DNA of 64,000 nt from Phoronis australis (Eukaryota > Animalia > Phoronida), in NCBI GenBank assembly GCA_002633005.1, contig NMRA01000262.1, positions 130,902 to 194,901 of the forward strand, written 5' to 3'. A program made the position numbers and the translations under genes. Under the pieces are notes generated by a model. That model was not told the origin of the DNA, ran no database searches, and worked only from the letters and a program-made list of their open reading frames with translations. This document shows, piece after piece, positions 37,451-49,909 of this stretch. Numbering within the stretch: position 1 is the stretch's first letter; each line of letters opens with the position of its first letter.

Positions 37451-39760
37451 TCACGAAAACGCACGGGCAAGCGCGAAACGGTCAATGATCGTGAAGAGAT
37501 AGGTCATGCCTTGGCTCGCTGGTAGTGGGCCAACAAGATCCACATGGAGACTGCGAAACCTGGCAGCCGGAGAGGGACGCTTTACCAAAGGTGCCCGTGT
37601 GTGTCGATGTATCTTGGAAGCTTGACAAGCATGACACTCTTTGCACCACCGCCGTATATCACGTTTCATACCTCGCCAGACAAAGCGCTGAGTGAGAGCC
37701 TGCTGAGTAGGGCGAACGCCAGCGTGGGAAAGCCCATGAATACGATCAAAAACAGCACGGGCCCATGTAGAGGGCAAGACAGGTTGGGGCGTGTCAGTGG
37801 ACGTGTCACAAAGCAGAGTCGAGTCGCCAAACGGAATATCTTGTAGAGCAAGGCCCGTTGTAGCGGTTCGATATTCCGCCATTTCAGGAGACTGGCCTTG
37901 GTCATGAGCCAGCTCGCGGAAGTCACCAACAGAAAAGATGCTATGGTCACTGGATATGCCATTGATGTCGAAACGGGATAGTGCGTCAGCCACCACGTTA
38001 AACTTGCCTTTAAGGTATCGGATGTCGGTAGTAAACTCAGCTATAAAAGCAAGGTGCCGTGCCTGACGTGGGGAACGCTCACTGCCACTGTGCAATGCTG
38101 ACACTAACGGCTTGTGGTCAGTGTATAACGCAAAAGGTCCGCCCTCTAAAAAATGCCTGAAGTGCTTAACTGCGTTATAGGCCGCCAGGAGTTCACGGTC
38201 GAAAGCACTGTACTTATGCTCTGTTTCGGAAAGCTTGCGTGAGAAGAAAGCAAGAGGAACCCAAGTACCGTCCTGAAGTTGCGTCAGCTGAACACCGATG
38301 GCCTTGTTAGACGCATCGACCGTAACGCTTGTAGGCGAGGTCGGATGAGGGTGACGCAAGAGCACAGCTTTTTTAAGGGCGTCTTTGGCCTTTTCGAAAG
38401 CAGTTTGGCAGGCAGCTGACCAGGTAATAGCTTGGCCTTTACCACTAGCTTGCGCATGGAGTGGAGTCAGGGCATCAGCGACGTGTGGAATAAAACAGTG
38501 ATAGTAGTTCATCAATCCCAGAAATCGTTGCAGCTCAGCACGATTGGTTGGGGGAGCACAATCTTGAATAGAGGCTATGCGATCGGGGAGCGGAAGGATC
38601 CCACGGGCTGTGACGTGGTGTCCAAGGAAAGCCAATTCGGCAGCACCAAAAATGCACTTGGGCTTATTGATGACGAGACCGTTGGAGGACAGTACCATAA
38701 AGATCTGACGAAGATGTTCCAGATGTTCGGCATGCGAGCGGCTGGCCACCAAGATGTCATCGAGGTAGACAAAAGCGAACGAAACGTCCCTGAAAATGCC
38801 TTCTATAAGGCGTTGGAAAGCCTGGGCAGCGTTCTTGAGGCCAAAGGACATGCGAAGAAATTCCCACAATCCAAAAGGTGTGATTATTGCAGTCTTGGGC
38901 ACAGAAGATGGCGCAACCGGAATCTGATGATAGCCCCGAACCAGATCAATTTTGGAGAAAACTTGGCATCCGGTCAGATGGTTGTTGAAATCATGGATAT
39001 GCGGCAACGGGTAGCGGTCATCCGTGGTAGAAGCATTAAGTTGTCTGTAGTCACCACAAGGGCGCCATAGACCACCAGGCTTGGGGACGACATGGAGCAG
39101 TGAAGACCACGGTGAATTGGAACGGCGAATTATACCCATCTTTTCCATTCGCAGAAATTCATCTTTAGCCGCCGCCAGTCGTTCAGGATTCAAACATTGG
39201 GCACATGCGTGGACAGGTGGTCCCTGGGTTATGATATGGTGTTCAACACCATGTTTATTCGCCATGGAATCAAAACACGGAGTAAACAGCTCTGAAAACT
39301 GTTGTAACAAATGTGAGTACTCGTCGTGGGCATGAAAGGAGAGACCCGCAAGGGTCAGTGAAATCGTGTTATGTCGCAGAAGTACAGAGGGATTATCGAT
39401 AGACAAAAGGCGCTTGCCCTTGAGATCAATAACTAGGTCGTGGGCAATAAAAAAATCAGCTCCCAGAATCGGGCGAGTAACATCGGCAAGATAAAATTCA
39501 TGAGCGTACCGCTGCTTAGGGCTGACCACCACCGAGAGGGTACGGGTGCCCCATTTGTTTATGGAAGTTCCGTTAGCAGCGGAGAGAGGTGCAGAAGGTG
39601 GATTGGTCTTGCGGTCTGTTGCAGAGGCAGGATAAACAGAAACGTCGGCGCCAGTGTCAATTAAAAAATATCTACCAGTGTGTTGGTCAACAATGGAGAA
39701 CGTGTTGGAGGTGGAGATGCCGGCCGCTACCACGTTCAACGGCCGGCTGTGGCGTTTCCC
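37451..39760 (-). CDS. pol: Gypsy Pol (PR-RT-RNase H-truncated IN), entered by a -1 frameshift
   Basis: Protease LIDTGADVS; [25 protein letters not shown]; RNase H VDAS...RELLA...YTDHKPL...VADALSR; integrase HHCC then HVDLVGPLP...IIDRF, followed by an abrupt end. Confidence 0.93.
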   Translation of the reverse strand, partial: GKRHSRPLNVVAAGISTSNTFSIVDQHTGRYFLIDTGADVSVYPASATDRKTNPPSAPLSAANGTSINKWGTRTLSVVVSPKQRYAHEFYLADVTRPILGADFFIAHDLVIDLKGKRLLSIDNPSVLLRHNTISLTLAGLSFHAHDEYSHLLQQFSELFTPCFDSMANKHGVEHHIITQGPPVHACAQCLNPERLAAAKDEFLRMEKMGIIRRSNSPWSSLLHVVPKPGGLWRPCGDYRQLNASTTDDRYPLPHIHDFNNHLTGCQVFSKIDLVRGYHQIPVAPSSVPKTAIITPFGLWEFLRMSFGLKNAAQAFQRLIEGIFRDVSFAFVYLDDILVASRSHAEHLEHLRQIFMVLSSNGLVINKPKCIFGAAELAFLGHHVTARGILPLPDRIASIQDCAPPTNRAELQRFLGLMNYYHCFIPHVADALTPLHAQASGKGQAITWSAACQTAFEKAKDALKKAVLLRHPHPTSPTSVTVDASNKAIGVQLTQLQDGTWVPLAFFSRKLSETEHKYSAFDRELLAAYNAVKHFRHFLEGGPFALYTDHKPLVSALHSGSERSPRQARHLAFIAEFTTDIRYLKGKFNVVADALSRFDINGISSDHSIFSVGDFRELAHDQGQSPEMAEYRTATTGLALQDIPFGDSTLLCDTSTDTPQPVLPSTWARAVFDRIHGLSHAGVRPTQQALTQRFVWRGMKRDIRRWCKECHACQASKIHRHTRAPLVKRPSPAARFRSLHVDLVGPLPASQGMTYLFTIIDRFALARAFS

Positions 39761-40581
39761 TGGTTATTTGTCTTGGGTATCGGTGATGCAAACTTGCAGC
39801 CAGGCGGGCATCGACGAGCCTCGGGCCCAAACTTCATGTGGTAGAAGCATACGGTGGAGGAACCCATAAGGGGGCTGGCGTCACCCTGCTGGGAACGGGA
39901 ACGGCGTCGGAAACGCTTATCGGCAGAAACCACGTCCACCGAAGCGGACGTGGACTTGGCATTGTCATCATAAAAACCCGAAAACGTTGTCGGACTGGTG
40001 GTAGGCATAGAGACATGTTGCACTCCGGCAGTACGTGCCTCCCAGATACGGTCAGCGGTCGTAGCAAGGTCCTCTATGCTATTAATGCTGTGGCCCGCCA
40101 GGATAGTGCGAACGTCGGAAGGCAGGTTCGTTAGGAATAAAGCACGTTTTAAAGTCTGGGGGTCATCATTGAGAGCGTTGATACGTCTCATCAGAGCGGT
40201 GGGACGTTTGTCACCCAGGCCATTGAGGTTCAAAAGCTCAGAGTCCTTCTGCGCCTGGGACTTTCCAAAAGCGTTGATGAGCGCGGACTTCAATGCGTTA
40301 TACTTGTTTGTGAGTGGTGGGTGGAGGAGTATAGCCTGAACCTCGTCGGCTGTGGTGACATCAAGGGCACTCACCACATAATCATATTTTGTCTGATCTT
40401 GCACAATCCCTTTCGTTCCAAACTGAGCCTCGACTTTGGCAAACCAAACTTCGGGCGATTTTGTCCAAAAGTCTGGCAACCTGATGGATACCGCGTTTAC
40501 CTGAGTTGTTTGCATTGCAAGCGTCTGGAGAGTTGAGGCGAGGTCAGTAACAAGCTTTGTATCACTATGTCCCTCAGCCAT
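39736..40581 (-). CDS. gag: Gypsy Gag, 281 aa
   Basis: [21 protein letters not shown]-terminal motif; C-terminal CHCC motif [18 protein letters not shown], typical of the CsRN1 clade. Confidence 0.92.
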   Translation of the reverse strand: MAEGHSDTKLVTDLASTLQTLAMQTTQVNAVSIRLPDFWTKSPEVWFAKVEAQFGTKGIVQDQTKYDYVVSALDVTTADEVQAILLHPPLTNKYNALKSALINAFGKSQAQKDSELLNLNGLGDKRPTALMRRINALNDDPQTLKRALFLTNLPSDVRTILAGHSINSIEDLATTADRIWEARTAGVQHVSMPTTSPTTFSGFYDDNAKSTSASVDVVSADKRFRRRSRSQQGDASPLMGSSTVCFYHMKFGPEARRCPPGCKFASPIPKTNNQGNATAGR

Positions 40582-41162
40582 TTTAAGTGTTCACTGTTCG
40601 AGGTCACCAATATAGGGATCAGAAACACACAATTATAAGCGAATAAAATACTATATTGAAGCAGACACTTGATGTTGGTATATTGACAAAAATGAGACTA
40701 AACTACAGTGATTTAACAAATCGTTATAACTGATAGGTGGCACCACAGTGTCATCAAGGGGAATACTTAACACACATTTTGTAAATCATGTCACAAATTC
40801 ATGAACTCAGTTATTTCTAATCATTAGTAAGAATTGCGACATATCTACTTTTTGAAAGAAACATAATTTGTAGAAACGGATGTTCTGAAAAATTGTGTAA
40901 ACCAAAATACAATCTGCATGGGAATTCATTGGTGGACATTTTGCTGGATGTGTATGGTAGTCAAGGTTGTGAACTTGTGAACCACTAGCCTTTCACTGGC
41001 ATGATCTTGCATAATCTCACCAAACCAGCACGCAGTTATCATCGCAGAATGCACTGTATTACCACCACATATCAAGGCTTTGCCTGCTTACTTTGACCAA
41101 TGCATCAAATTTAATGTAAAAATTTAAATTAAAAGTTTCTGGAATTTATGGAAGTTTTTAAA

Positions 41163-42050
41163 TGTCCATATATTTTTATATGTGGGCACATTATGCCACC
41201 ATCTTTGTCCGTCCATCCGGCATGTGCTGTTGTATTTCCAAAACCCCTTGATCTGTGTTGATGAAATTTTACAGATATGGTCCTATCATGGCTGAAACGG
41301 CATGAGCAAATTGACGGACGAATCCGAGAACTGTTGTGCAATTTTAATTTTGTTTACTTTTGCCTTTGCTGTTCGTTAATGGATTCTCATGAAACTTGGC
41401 AAATAGACATCTATTAGGGAGATGATGCCACCTTCATGTTTGCAAATGGATTCAACGTATTTTGCAGCAGCTAGTACCCATTGTTACTGTTTTCAAGTGT
41501 TTTTGAAAATTTGTGATTGTGTTCTTACTGGGAAGAGCATGGTTGACGATTTTTAGACAGTTTGGACTACTGTGGCATCCCCTAGTGGCAGTTTGTGTTT
41601 TCACATCTACAGCTATTTCTTCTTGTAGGTTCATTGATAAATTTGGCAAGTGTATTTCTATGAAGGTACAAAAGGTGACAATGTTAGATGTACCTGACTA
41701 CCACTGTGCCCGCTTATTTTAATATTTTTACGATCTTGGCAGGTATACCATTGAGGAGAGCATTACTAACATGCTTAGCAATTTCTAGAGGCTATTTTAT
41801 GTTTACTGGCATTGCTGCATTTTGTGGTCGACAATAAATGATACCCACAACATGAACTACAATAACTTTAATAACTCTTAGAGATTTTAAAAACGTCTGA
41901 TGTGTCGTGAAACAGAGAGAGATTTTATCAGCAAATATGCAAATTATACTGGCGCGGAATGCTTCAAATAATAATCATCCCTTGTATCTGCGCCATATGC
42001 AATGCATACGCCTGTATGGGCACATAGCAACGCTCCACGTTGCTCTTGTT
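41163..42050 (+). mobile_element. Helentron/DINE-1-like non-autonomous element (diverged copy)
   Basis: 5' subterminal inverted repeat, gtcc microsatellite, ~150-bp repeats, and 3' end tgggcacat + hairpin gcaacgctccacgttgc + tcttgtt. Confidence 0.65.
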
Positions 42051-42156
42051 TTATGTCTAATTATTTGCGTCAAGTACTCGACCTAGATGTATGATAAAGG
42101 CCGTCATATAATACATGTTAAATGGCTGACATAAAGTTGCATTGCTTTCCTTCCAG

Positions 42157-42253
42157 CTTCAGATGTTGGCTTGGCTGTGGGAGCAGCGTTGGGCGCAGTA
42201 TTTGTTGTTGCTGTTATCGTCTTGCTCATTGTCTTCAGAAAGGAGATTTACAG
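42157..42253 (+). CDS. Receptor coding exon 5: transmembrane helix
   Basis: Splice sites tttccttccag|CT...CAG|gtatga, phase 1-2; VGLAVGAALGAVFVVAVIVLLIVF followed by the RK stop-transfer. Confidence 0.9.
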
Positions 42254-42914
42254 GTATGAATTGTATTACAGACTTTACAGTGTGTATTCTTTTGTCACAA
42301 GATGTCATTTGTTTTTCCAATTTTGGTCCTTAAGGGGACTTGAATTATTTTATGTTCATCGCTGATTTATAGTCAAGAGTCCAGGGTTAATGGACTTTTC
42401 TAAATGTATTCTTTGACTTATATTGACACTTGCATACTTCATCCTATAAATGGTTGCCATTGATGCCTAAAATCTATGATGATGAACCAAAACTGTGTAC
42501 TTAAATATTGTATTCATGTATGTGCAGTTTATGTAACTAACTCTCCTAATCTCATCTGTTGTCACTCCTCTCACAGCACTTTAATTAGTCTCCACTTATT
42601 CTGCTCAAAAATAATTACTAAATGTTATTTTCCATTTTGTTTTAAAAGCTGATAACCTTTCTGGAAATAAAAGAAACTTTATCAAATATTAGGTTAAGCA
42701 AAATCAACTTACTCAGAGACTGAAGATTTAAGAGTTCGAAAGTTTTGGATTGTATTCTAGTGTCCTTTATCAATGAAAGGTGAAGGGACATCCTGGTTTC
42801 CCGCCATTCTGTTCTCTGGAAGTAGTATGATATAAGAGATAGGTGGAAGCTGCAATCCCTGATCTCGATCCATACCTTCACCGAGACTAGGAAAAACCTT
42901 TCTTCAATCTTTTT

Positions 42915-44130
42915 ATGCATATTTATATGTGGACGCATTATGCCGTCATCTCCGTCCGTACGGGCGGCGTCCGTCCGGCGTCTGGCGTCCGGCGTCCGCT
43001 GCTCCAAAACCCTTTGACATATGTTCATGAAATTTGGCACATATGTTCCACTCATGAATGGGACGGCATGTGCGAACTTTCGGACGGATCCGACTACCGG
43101 TGTGCCCCCTAGTGGCAATTTTAGTTTTTTACGCTTACCTTTGTATCTTCAAAAGTCCTGAACGGATTTTCATGAAATTTGGTATGTAGGCACTTATTAG
43201 TGAGATGACGCCATCCTCCCGTTTTCAGATGGAATCGACATAGTTTGCGCCACCTAGTGGCCATTTTTAGTGTTTTCGAGTGTGTTTTTGTGCGTCAACC
43301 CCTCTATCAACCAAACCGCTCAAAGGATGATTGTGAAAATTGGCATGTATATGATTACTATGTAGAAGACGGTTGACGATGATTTTCCGACGATTTCGAC
43401 TACTGTGGCGCCTCCTAGTGGCAGTTATGTTTTTTTTCGCCTGTGGCTGTATCTCCTAAATCGTTCGCAGGATTTTTACAAAATTGTGTAAGTATATATA
43501 TATGATGTTAACAACAGAACATGACGACTTTCGGACGGATTTGACTACCGGTGTGCCCCCTAGTGGCAATTTTAGTTTTTTTACGCTTACCTTTGTATCT
43601 TCAAAAGTCCTGAACGGATTTTCATGAAATTTGGTTTGTAGGTACCTATTGGTGAGATGACGCTATCCTCCCGTTTTCAGATGGATTCGACATAGTTTGC
43701 GCCACCTAGTGGCCATTTTTAGTGTTTTCGAGTCTGTTTTTGTGCGTCCACCCCTCTATCAACCAAACCGCTCAAAGGATGATTGTGAAAATTGGCATGT
43801 ATATGCTTACTATGTAGAGGATGGTTGACGATGATTTTCCGACGATTTCGACTACTGTNTTTTTTTTTTTTTTTTGCACCTATGGCTGTATCTCCTAAAC
43901 CGTTCGCAGGATCTTTACGAAATTTAATAAGTGTAATTATATGATGTTAACAACAGACGATGACCTAGCCTATTGAGGAGACAATGACCATGCCTTTCCA
44001 TTTTGCAAAGTACAACAAACTACATATATGTCCTCTACTGGCCACTTTATGGTACCAATAAACAACCCTAGAAGGATACCGTATACGGTGCAATTGTGGG
44101 CGCATTTCAACGCTCTGCGTTGCTCTTGTT
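42915..44130 (+). mobile_element. Helentron/DINE-1-like element with a ~452-bp higher-order repeat of ~150-bp monomers (least diverged copy)
   Basis: cgtcc microsatellite; 43080-43530 matches 43530-43960; 3' gtgggcgcat + hairpin caacgctctgcgttg + ctcttgtt. Related pieces at ~4380-4530 (-), ~26640-27185 and ~61260-62060. Confidence 0.72.
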
Positions 44131-44296
44131 CAAATTTTGTTTCATGAAATCTACACAGTACAAACCATATTAATAGTGAACTAAAATTTTCTTCATCTTT
44201 ATTTCATGTGTCATCCATATTGTGTGCTAAATTAGTGATGAACTACTGTACATTGCTGAATGGGAATGTTGTTGTCAGCAATGCAAGTCATTGAAA

Positions 44297-44693
44297 CTGG
44301 GCTTGGAATTTTCCGCGGAAACGCGGATTTCCGCTTTTTTCAAATGTTCTGTCCGCGCATTTTATTATATTTCCGCGTAAAAAAAATCGGATTAGATATA
44401 AAATTTCTGCGGCAAATTCCTTTCTTACCGCGGCATTGCAGACGACGTTCACCTCGAAAAGCGAAGTTGCTCTTTATGTTTCGGAGGAACGTGAATTGTC
44501 AACATTGCAGGGGCATGTGGGATAGCGTGGTGGGATTTTCAATGGCATTGCTACTGATGGCGGTTACGTTTTTTTTGTCCTCCCGATTTTTGTCGGGGAA
44601 AAGTTCACATGGACCATTTCAAGGCTGGGTAGCGCGCATGATTTGGGCCGTAAAAGTTTCCGCGTTTTTTGTCATTGGTCATTCCAAGCCCTG
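44297..44693. mobile_element. 397-bp hAT-like MITE with a 6-bp TSD
   Basis: TIR ctgggcttggaat / attccaagccctg; TTGAAA on both sides; ttccgc subterminal repeats. Confidence 0.82.
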
Positions 44694-45274
44694 TTGAAAG
44701 AGTGCCACCTCTTTTTTTATGGCAACATTTCCTTCAGGAAAAATGATATTTCCGAAGAATCCGTGGGGGCAAAAATCGTCAGCAGAAATAAATGTTGAAT
44801 GCAGAGCATAACTGCATACATTGTACATAAATATTGAATACAGAGCATAACTGCTTGCATTATACATAAATGGGTTGAGAAAGTTTGCTACACTGCTGAT
44901 TTCGTTCCTGTGCAAAGAAAACTGGTTTGATTTGAATCTCTAGTAGATAATGGTTGTGTCTCTTTCCATGAAACTAGAACAAGGAACAAATGTTGCTTAG
45001 TAAATGAAACACTGATATGGGATATCAAATAGCACTTGTAAGTGTATATAGTTGAGTAGATGAGATATCATGTTCATAGTCACCAGTCTCAAACTATGAA
45101 GTTATGTTGAGTACTTCCTCTTTCCATGAACAACAGTTGATGAAGAAGTCATGTGGTTGACATAGATTTTGATCATATATTCACCTTTCCCTTTATACAT
45201 CATGCTGGTTCTTGTACATTTGTGAATAAGGATTGCACCTTGAAACATGTCAGCAATATGAAGCTGAGCACTAA

Positions 45275-48200
45275 TTGGCTTTTTACTTGGCTTTTTACTT
45301 TACGTTGCTCTTCCATCAAGTTTGTTATTTGGCAGAATTCCGAAAATACCGCCAAGTATGTTGGTCTGACATCAAGTTTTTTTTGTTGTGTTTGTTCACT
45401 CTCTACAGGTCACAATTTTCATCCGATTTTCTCGAAATTTGCACACAACGTCCTGTTTTCGTGTAATTTCGCCAAGTGTCGCTCCTCCGAGTGCTCTCGC
45501 ACTGTTGCCAGTTTACCGGGTGCGTGAATAAGACTGCAGAGTATTTCTTTCTGATTTGTTGGCTAGTCACATGAAAGTCATCATGTTGTTCATAATCTCC
45601 GCCTTCATCGTCGTCGTAGTCGTCCTCCCCATCGTCCTGTTTTCGTGTAATTTCGCCAAGTGTTGCTCCTCCGAGCGCTNTGTGTTTGTTCACTCTCTAC
45701 AGGTCACAATTTTCATCCGATTTTCTCGAAATTTGCACACAACGTCCTGTTTTCGTGTAATTTCGCCAAGTGTTGCTCCTCCGAGCGCTCTCGCACTGTT
45801 GCCAGTTTACCGGGTGCGTGAACAAGACTGCAGGCTATTTCTTATTGATTTGTTTGCTAGTCACATAAATGGTATCGTGTTGTTCATAATCTCCGCCTTC
45901 ATCGTCATGATCGTCGTCGTCGTCCTCCCCATCGTCCTGTTTTCGCGTAATTTTGCCAAGAGTCGCTCCTCCGAGCACTCTCGTTTTTTTTGTTTGTTTG
46001 CACGATACAAGTTGCAATTTTCGTCAGATCGTCACGAAATTTACACATAACACGTAGCTGTGGAAGTACTGGAAGCCTATCGTTTTTTGTCATAATGGGA
46101 TCCAAGATGGCGGCTGTGGTGGCCATTTTGTTTTCATTTTAAGATTCAAATGCTTCTGGAGGGTACAATTTTTACGTACAAAGCTGAAAATCGGCGCAAT
46201 CATTGAACAGGACGTGCGCTGCATGTATACTGTAAATTACTTATTTCTGGTTAAAGAAGGCGGAAATATCGGCACTTGCGCATGTGCACCTCGATTTCAG
46301 GAACAAAAACGTTTTCTACTGTAGAGGGTGCATTATAGGACCAATTGCTTCGACATTTTTCAGGTATTAGTTTCTTGTGACATGCTTATTATTCAGAATT
46401 GAAAAACCGGAAGTTGCTTTCAAGATGGCGGATCTAGCGCATGTTGACCCATTTTCAGTCGTGCTGGAGTGCCATTTTAAACGGGAAGAGAAAAAAACCT
46501 GATTTTTTGCATGTGGATTCTCTGAGGTATACTCTTTCAAATGACCAACAATTTTTTTCTCAGACTTGCCGTTTTCGAGTTATTTGACTTAGAATTTCAA
46601 AAAAATGCAAAATTTGATTTTTTTCAAAAAATTTATGGAATTAGGCAATACCACTAGTTTAGATAGAGTTTTGAACAGGCTTTCAGAAGATGTTTTCCAT
46701 TTTTTGCTAGGACGTTTACTTTTCGAATTATTCGAGATTTTCTGATAGGGCTGTTCCTTTGTTGAACGCTCTTGCTGCATTGATGTTGGTTTAGCTTCTA
46801 GAGTGTAGCCTATTTCTTGCTAATTTATGATATCTAAATGCTTCGTATGAATGTTATGATGTTGTTCAGCATATGATCACCATCGTCATCATATTTGTCA
46901 TCTTCGTCATCATCTCCGTCGTCGTCTTTTCAGTTAATTTCGCCAAGTATCGTTCAAGACTGTAGCCTATACTTCTGATGTCTGGCCTCTACGTTCGTCT
47001 TGTGAATGTTTTCATTACTTGAATTGTTCATCATCGCCACCATCATGGTCATATTCATCATCTTCGTCATCATCTCTATCGTCGTCTTTTCTGTTAATTT
47101 CGCCAAGTGTTGCTCCTGGGAGCGCTTTCATTTTTTTGTTTGTTCGCACGATACAGGTCGCAATTTTCGTCACACAAGTTGTACATCTATGAGTACAGGA
47201 ACCCTATTGTTTTTTGACATAAATGGATCCAAGATGGCGGATATAGCGGCCATTTTGTTTCCAATTTCAGATTCAATTGCTCATAGAAGCCGTACAGGGC
47301 TGAAAATCGGTAGAAATATTGAACTATCCAGGTATTACAAATCCACAAGAAATTATTCAGTTCCTATCAAAGATGGCGGAAATATCAGCCATGGCGCATG
47401 CGCACTTCGATTTTATTCAAAAAACGTTTTCTCCAGTAGAGGGCGCATTATTGCACCAATTTCTTCGAAATTTTTCACGTATTTTTTACTACTAGCTATT
47501 ATTCTATTTAAAAAACCAAAAGTTGTTTCCAAGATGGCAGATCTGGCGCATGTTGACCCATTTTTAGTCGTGCTGGCGTGCCATTTTAAACGGGAAGAGA
47601 AAATGACTTGAATTTTTGCATGTGGATTCTCTGAGGCATACTCTTTCAAATGGCCTGTAACAATTTTTTTTTCAGACGTACCGTTTTTGAATTATTTTAC
47701 TTTGAATTAAAAAAAATGCAAAATTTCATTTTTTCGAAAAATTTACGGAAAGTTGAGAAACCATCAATTTAGATAGAGTTTTGAACGGGCTTTCAGAATA
47801 TGCTTTCCATTTTTCGCTAGGACGTTTACTTTTTTAATTACCGTATTCACCGTAATCGCCCATGCCCCTATATGCACCCCCCCACACGTTTTCAGACTTG
47901 CTGAAATAAGCACCCAGTCTATGAACGTGTACATGCGAGCAATAACGTACCTACAGTCCTAAAACTCGGTTACAGTAACCTCTTCAGTTTATCAAAAAAA
48001 ATTTTGCACGGGTCTTCTAGACCACCAGTGGCACTGCTACGTTTGCATTTAGCCGTGACTATACACTTGAAAGTAACGCAGCGCTTCAAAAAGAACGCAA
48101 CGGCATTGCTACTCTCGTGACGACCGTGTCCCACTATGGTCTGACCTTTCAGTAAAGACACATCGACTGTCTCATGAATAAAAATAACTCGGTGTTAAAC

Positions 48201-49530
48201 ACACGTGGCCAGGAAGCGCGCGCTACATAAATCACATATATGAACCTGTCATCAAAGACATTAGTCAGTAACTATCCATTCATGAAACGGGTAGCATAGC
48301 ATCGGTAAGAAATGAATATTGGCACTAATTTCCGACAATTTCTTATACTATAAAACATGTTTGCATTATTTTTGAGATGGATTGTTTGATTAACCATAAT
48401 TGGTGTTTTTAAGCCGAATATCTGATAGAATGACAACTGACAATGAATGCTTACACACCCTTACACCAAAAAATAACTGTCAGATAGTTATGTACGCATC
48501 CAGCTATACGGCGACTAATGTGGGCCTTACCGAGACAAAAGTCTAACGTTTTTAGCACGAGACCGGCAAGTGCTGAATGAAACACGCTCTGGTTTAGGCC
48601 TACTGCTTGTGCAAATTTCTTTAGACACATTGCACATCTAGATCGTTAGATTGCGTGACTCTGGCCAAAAGACGGTCTCTGCTTTGGCAAATGAACTCTG
48701 GTGACACGCATGCGCTCGCTCACTCACAAACACAGACAAACTTCAAAACAAACGTCACGTGACAACAATGTGTGTTCGTCCAGACATTTTTCTCGTCGTG
48801 TTGCCGATCATACATGTAGATGGCACGATGTTGCACAGATTTGTACTTAAACCTGCCGTCAATCCAGACGCCACGGGAAATTAAAATAAAATCTTAGGGA
48901 CGCTTCTTAGAAAACTTAATGAGGATTTCAGGTAATTTGCTTGAGTCAAAACTATTTTTATTAAAGCATATCGAAGTCGGCGATTTCAAGGCAGTCAGTC
49001 GGCGAGTTTTCGCCCTTGGATTTTAGTACAATTTTCTGTAAAATGATCGTAATTTAGCAGCAATGTTTGATAGCAATGCACCACAGTTTTGTTGAAAGTC
49101 TTTCATAGATTACATATACGTCTCAGAGCGTAAATTTGATGAATCTTAGTTTCCGATTTCACCCGTTTCGGAGACCGGGGTTCAACCGCCTTAGGTTATA
49201 ATAAGCGCCCCCCTTGAACCGAACTTTTCTAAGTGCCCTGGGCGGTTATTACGGCGAATACAGTATTCGTAATTTTCTGATAGCGCTGTTCCTTTGTTTA
49301 GCGGTCTTGCTGCTTTGATGTTGGTTAAGCTTCTATTGAACAAGACTGTAGCCTTTTTGTTACTGATTTATGACATCTAAGTTCGTCATATGAATGTTAT
49401 GATGTTGTTCATCTTCATCACCATCGTCATCATATTTGTTATTATAAGTTTGACTGTGCTTCCACTCCAAGTTGGAGTGAGTGTCCACTCCAAGTTTCCA
49501 AGTTTGGGCAACAGGGAGTTGCATTTATTT
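45275..49530 (+). repeat. Composite tandem-repeat element (~300-bp and ~1.1-kb units, ATC/GTC-rich), possibly Helentron-like
   Basis: 45385-45680 matches 45680-45980; ~45990-46950 matches 47135-47840 plus 49264-49440; 3' ccaagt + hairpin gcaacagggagttgc. Confidence 0.7.
47841..49263. mobile_element. 1.4-kb non-autonomous Tc1/mariner/pogo-type element
   Basis: TIRs ccgtattcaccgtaat / attacggcgaatacag. The TA TSD is supported by the empty paralogous site aatTAttcg at ~46726-46734. Confidence 0.88.
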
Positions 49531-49909
49531 TGAGTTGAATGCTTGTGAGTTCAGTGACACCCAATGTCTGCACTATAAGCATTTATGAAGATATTACCGT
49601 ATTTTAAGAAACTAAAAGTTCCCATTGTATGAATGAAGGTTGGTCTTGTAATCAAATATGGACATTAAAAAATGAAAATACCGAAAAGTAGGGAATGGGC
49701 ATTAGACAGTCGAACATTAGCTTTACCTACCAAGCAAGATGTCACTGTGTCCACACAAATGAACATCTGTCTGTTTTATTTTAGTTTCTACAGGCATTTT
49801 AGTTATCAGTGGTGGTGCTCAGTTAAAACAGCTGTGGCTTGTATTTTCAGTTTCTGTATCCCTTAATTTGTCTTCACAATCTGACAAGTGTTGGTTTGCT
49901 TGTTCCCAG

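Larger units (their letters stand above)
37264..40747 (-). mobile_element. Ty3/Gypsy LTR retrotransposon (CsRN1/Kabuki-like), 3.48 kb, internally deleted
   Basis: 137-bp LTRs at 37264-37400 and 40611-40747 with 3 differences; 4-bp TSD GTGT; PBS TGGTGACC directly after the 5' LTR; PPT GGAGGGGGG before the 3' LTR; domain order gag-PR-RT-RH-IN. Confidence 0.97.

Noticed and set aside
37544-40536. Plus-strand ORFs up to 212 aa over the Gypsy element
   Set aside because: Antisense shadows of GC-rich gag/pol; no motifs.
45153-47649. Hydrophobic ORFs (164 aa, 201 aa) resembling membrane proteins
   Set aside because: The Ile/Val runs come from ATC/GTC microsatellites within a tandem repeat, and the frames are not preserved between units.
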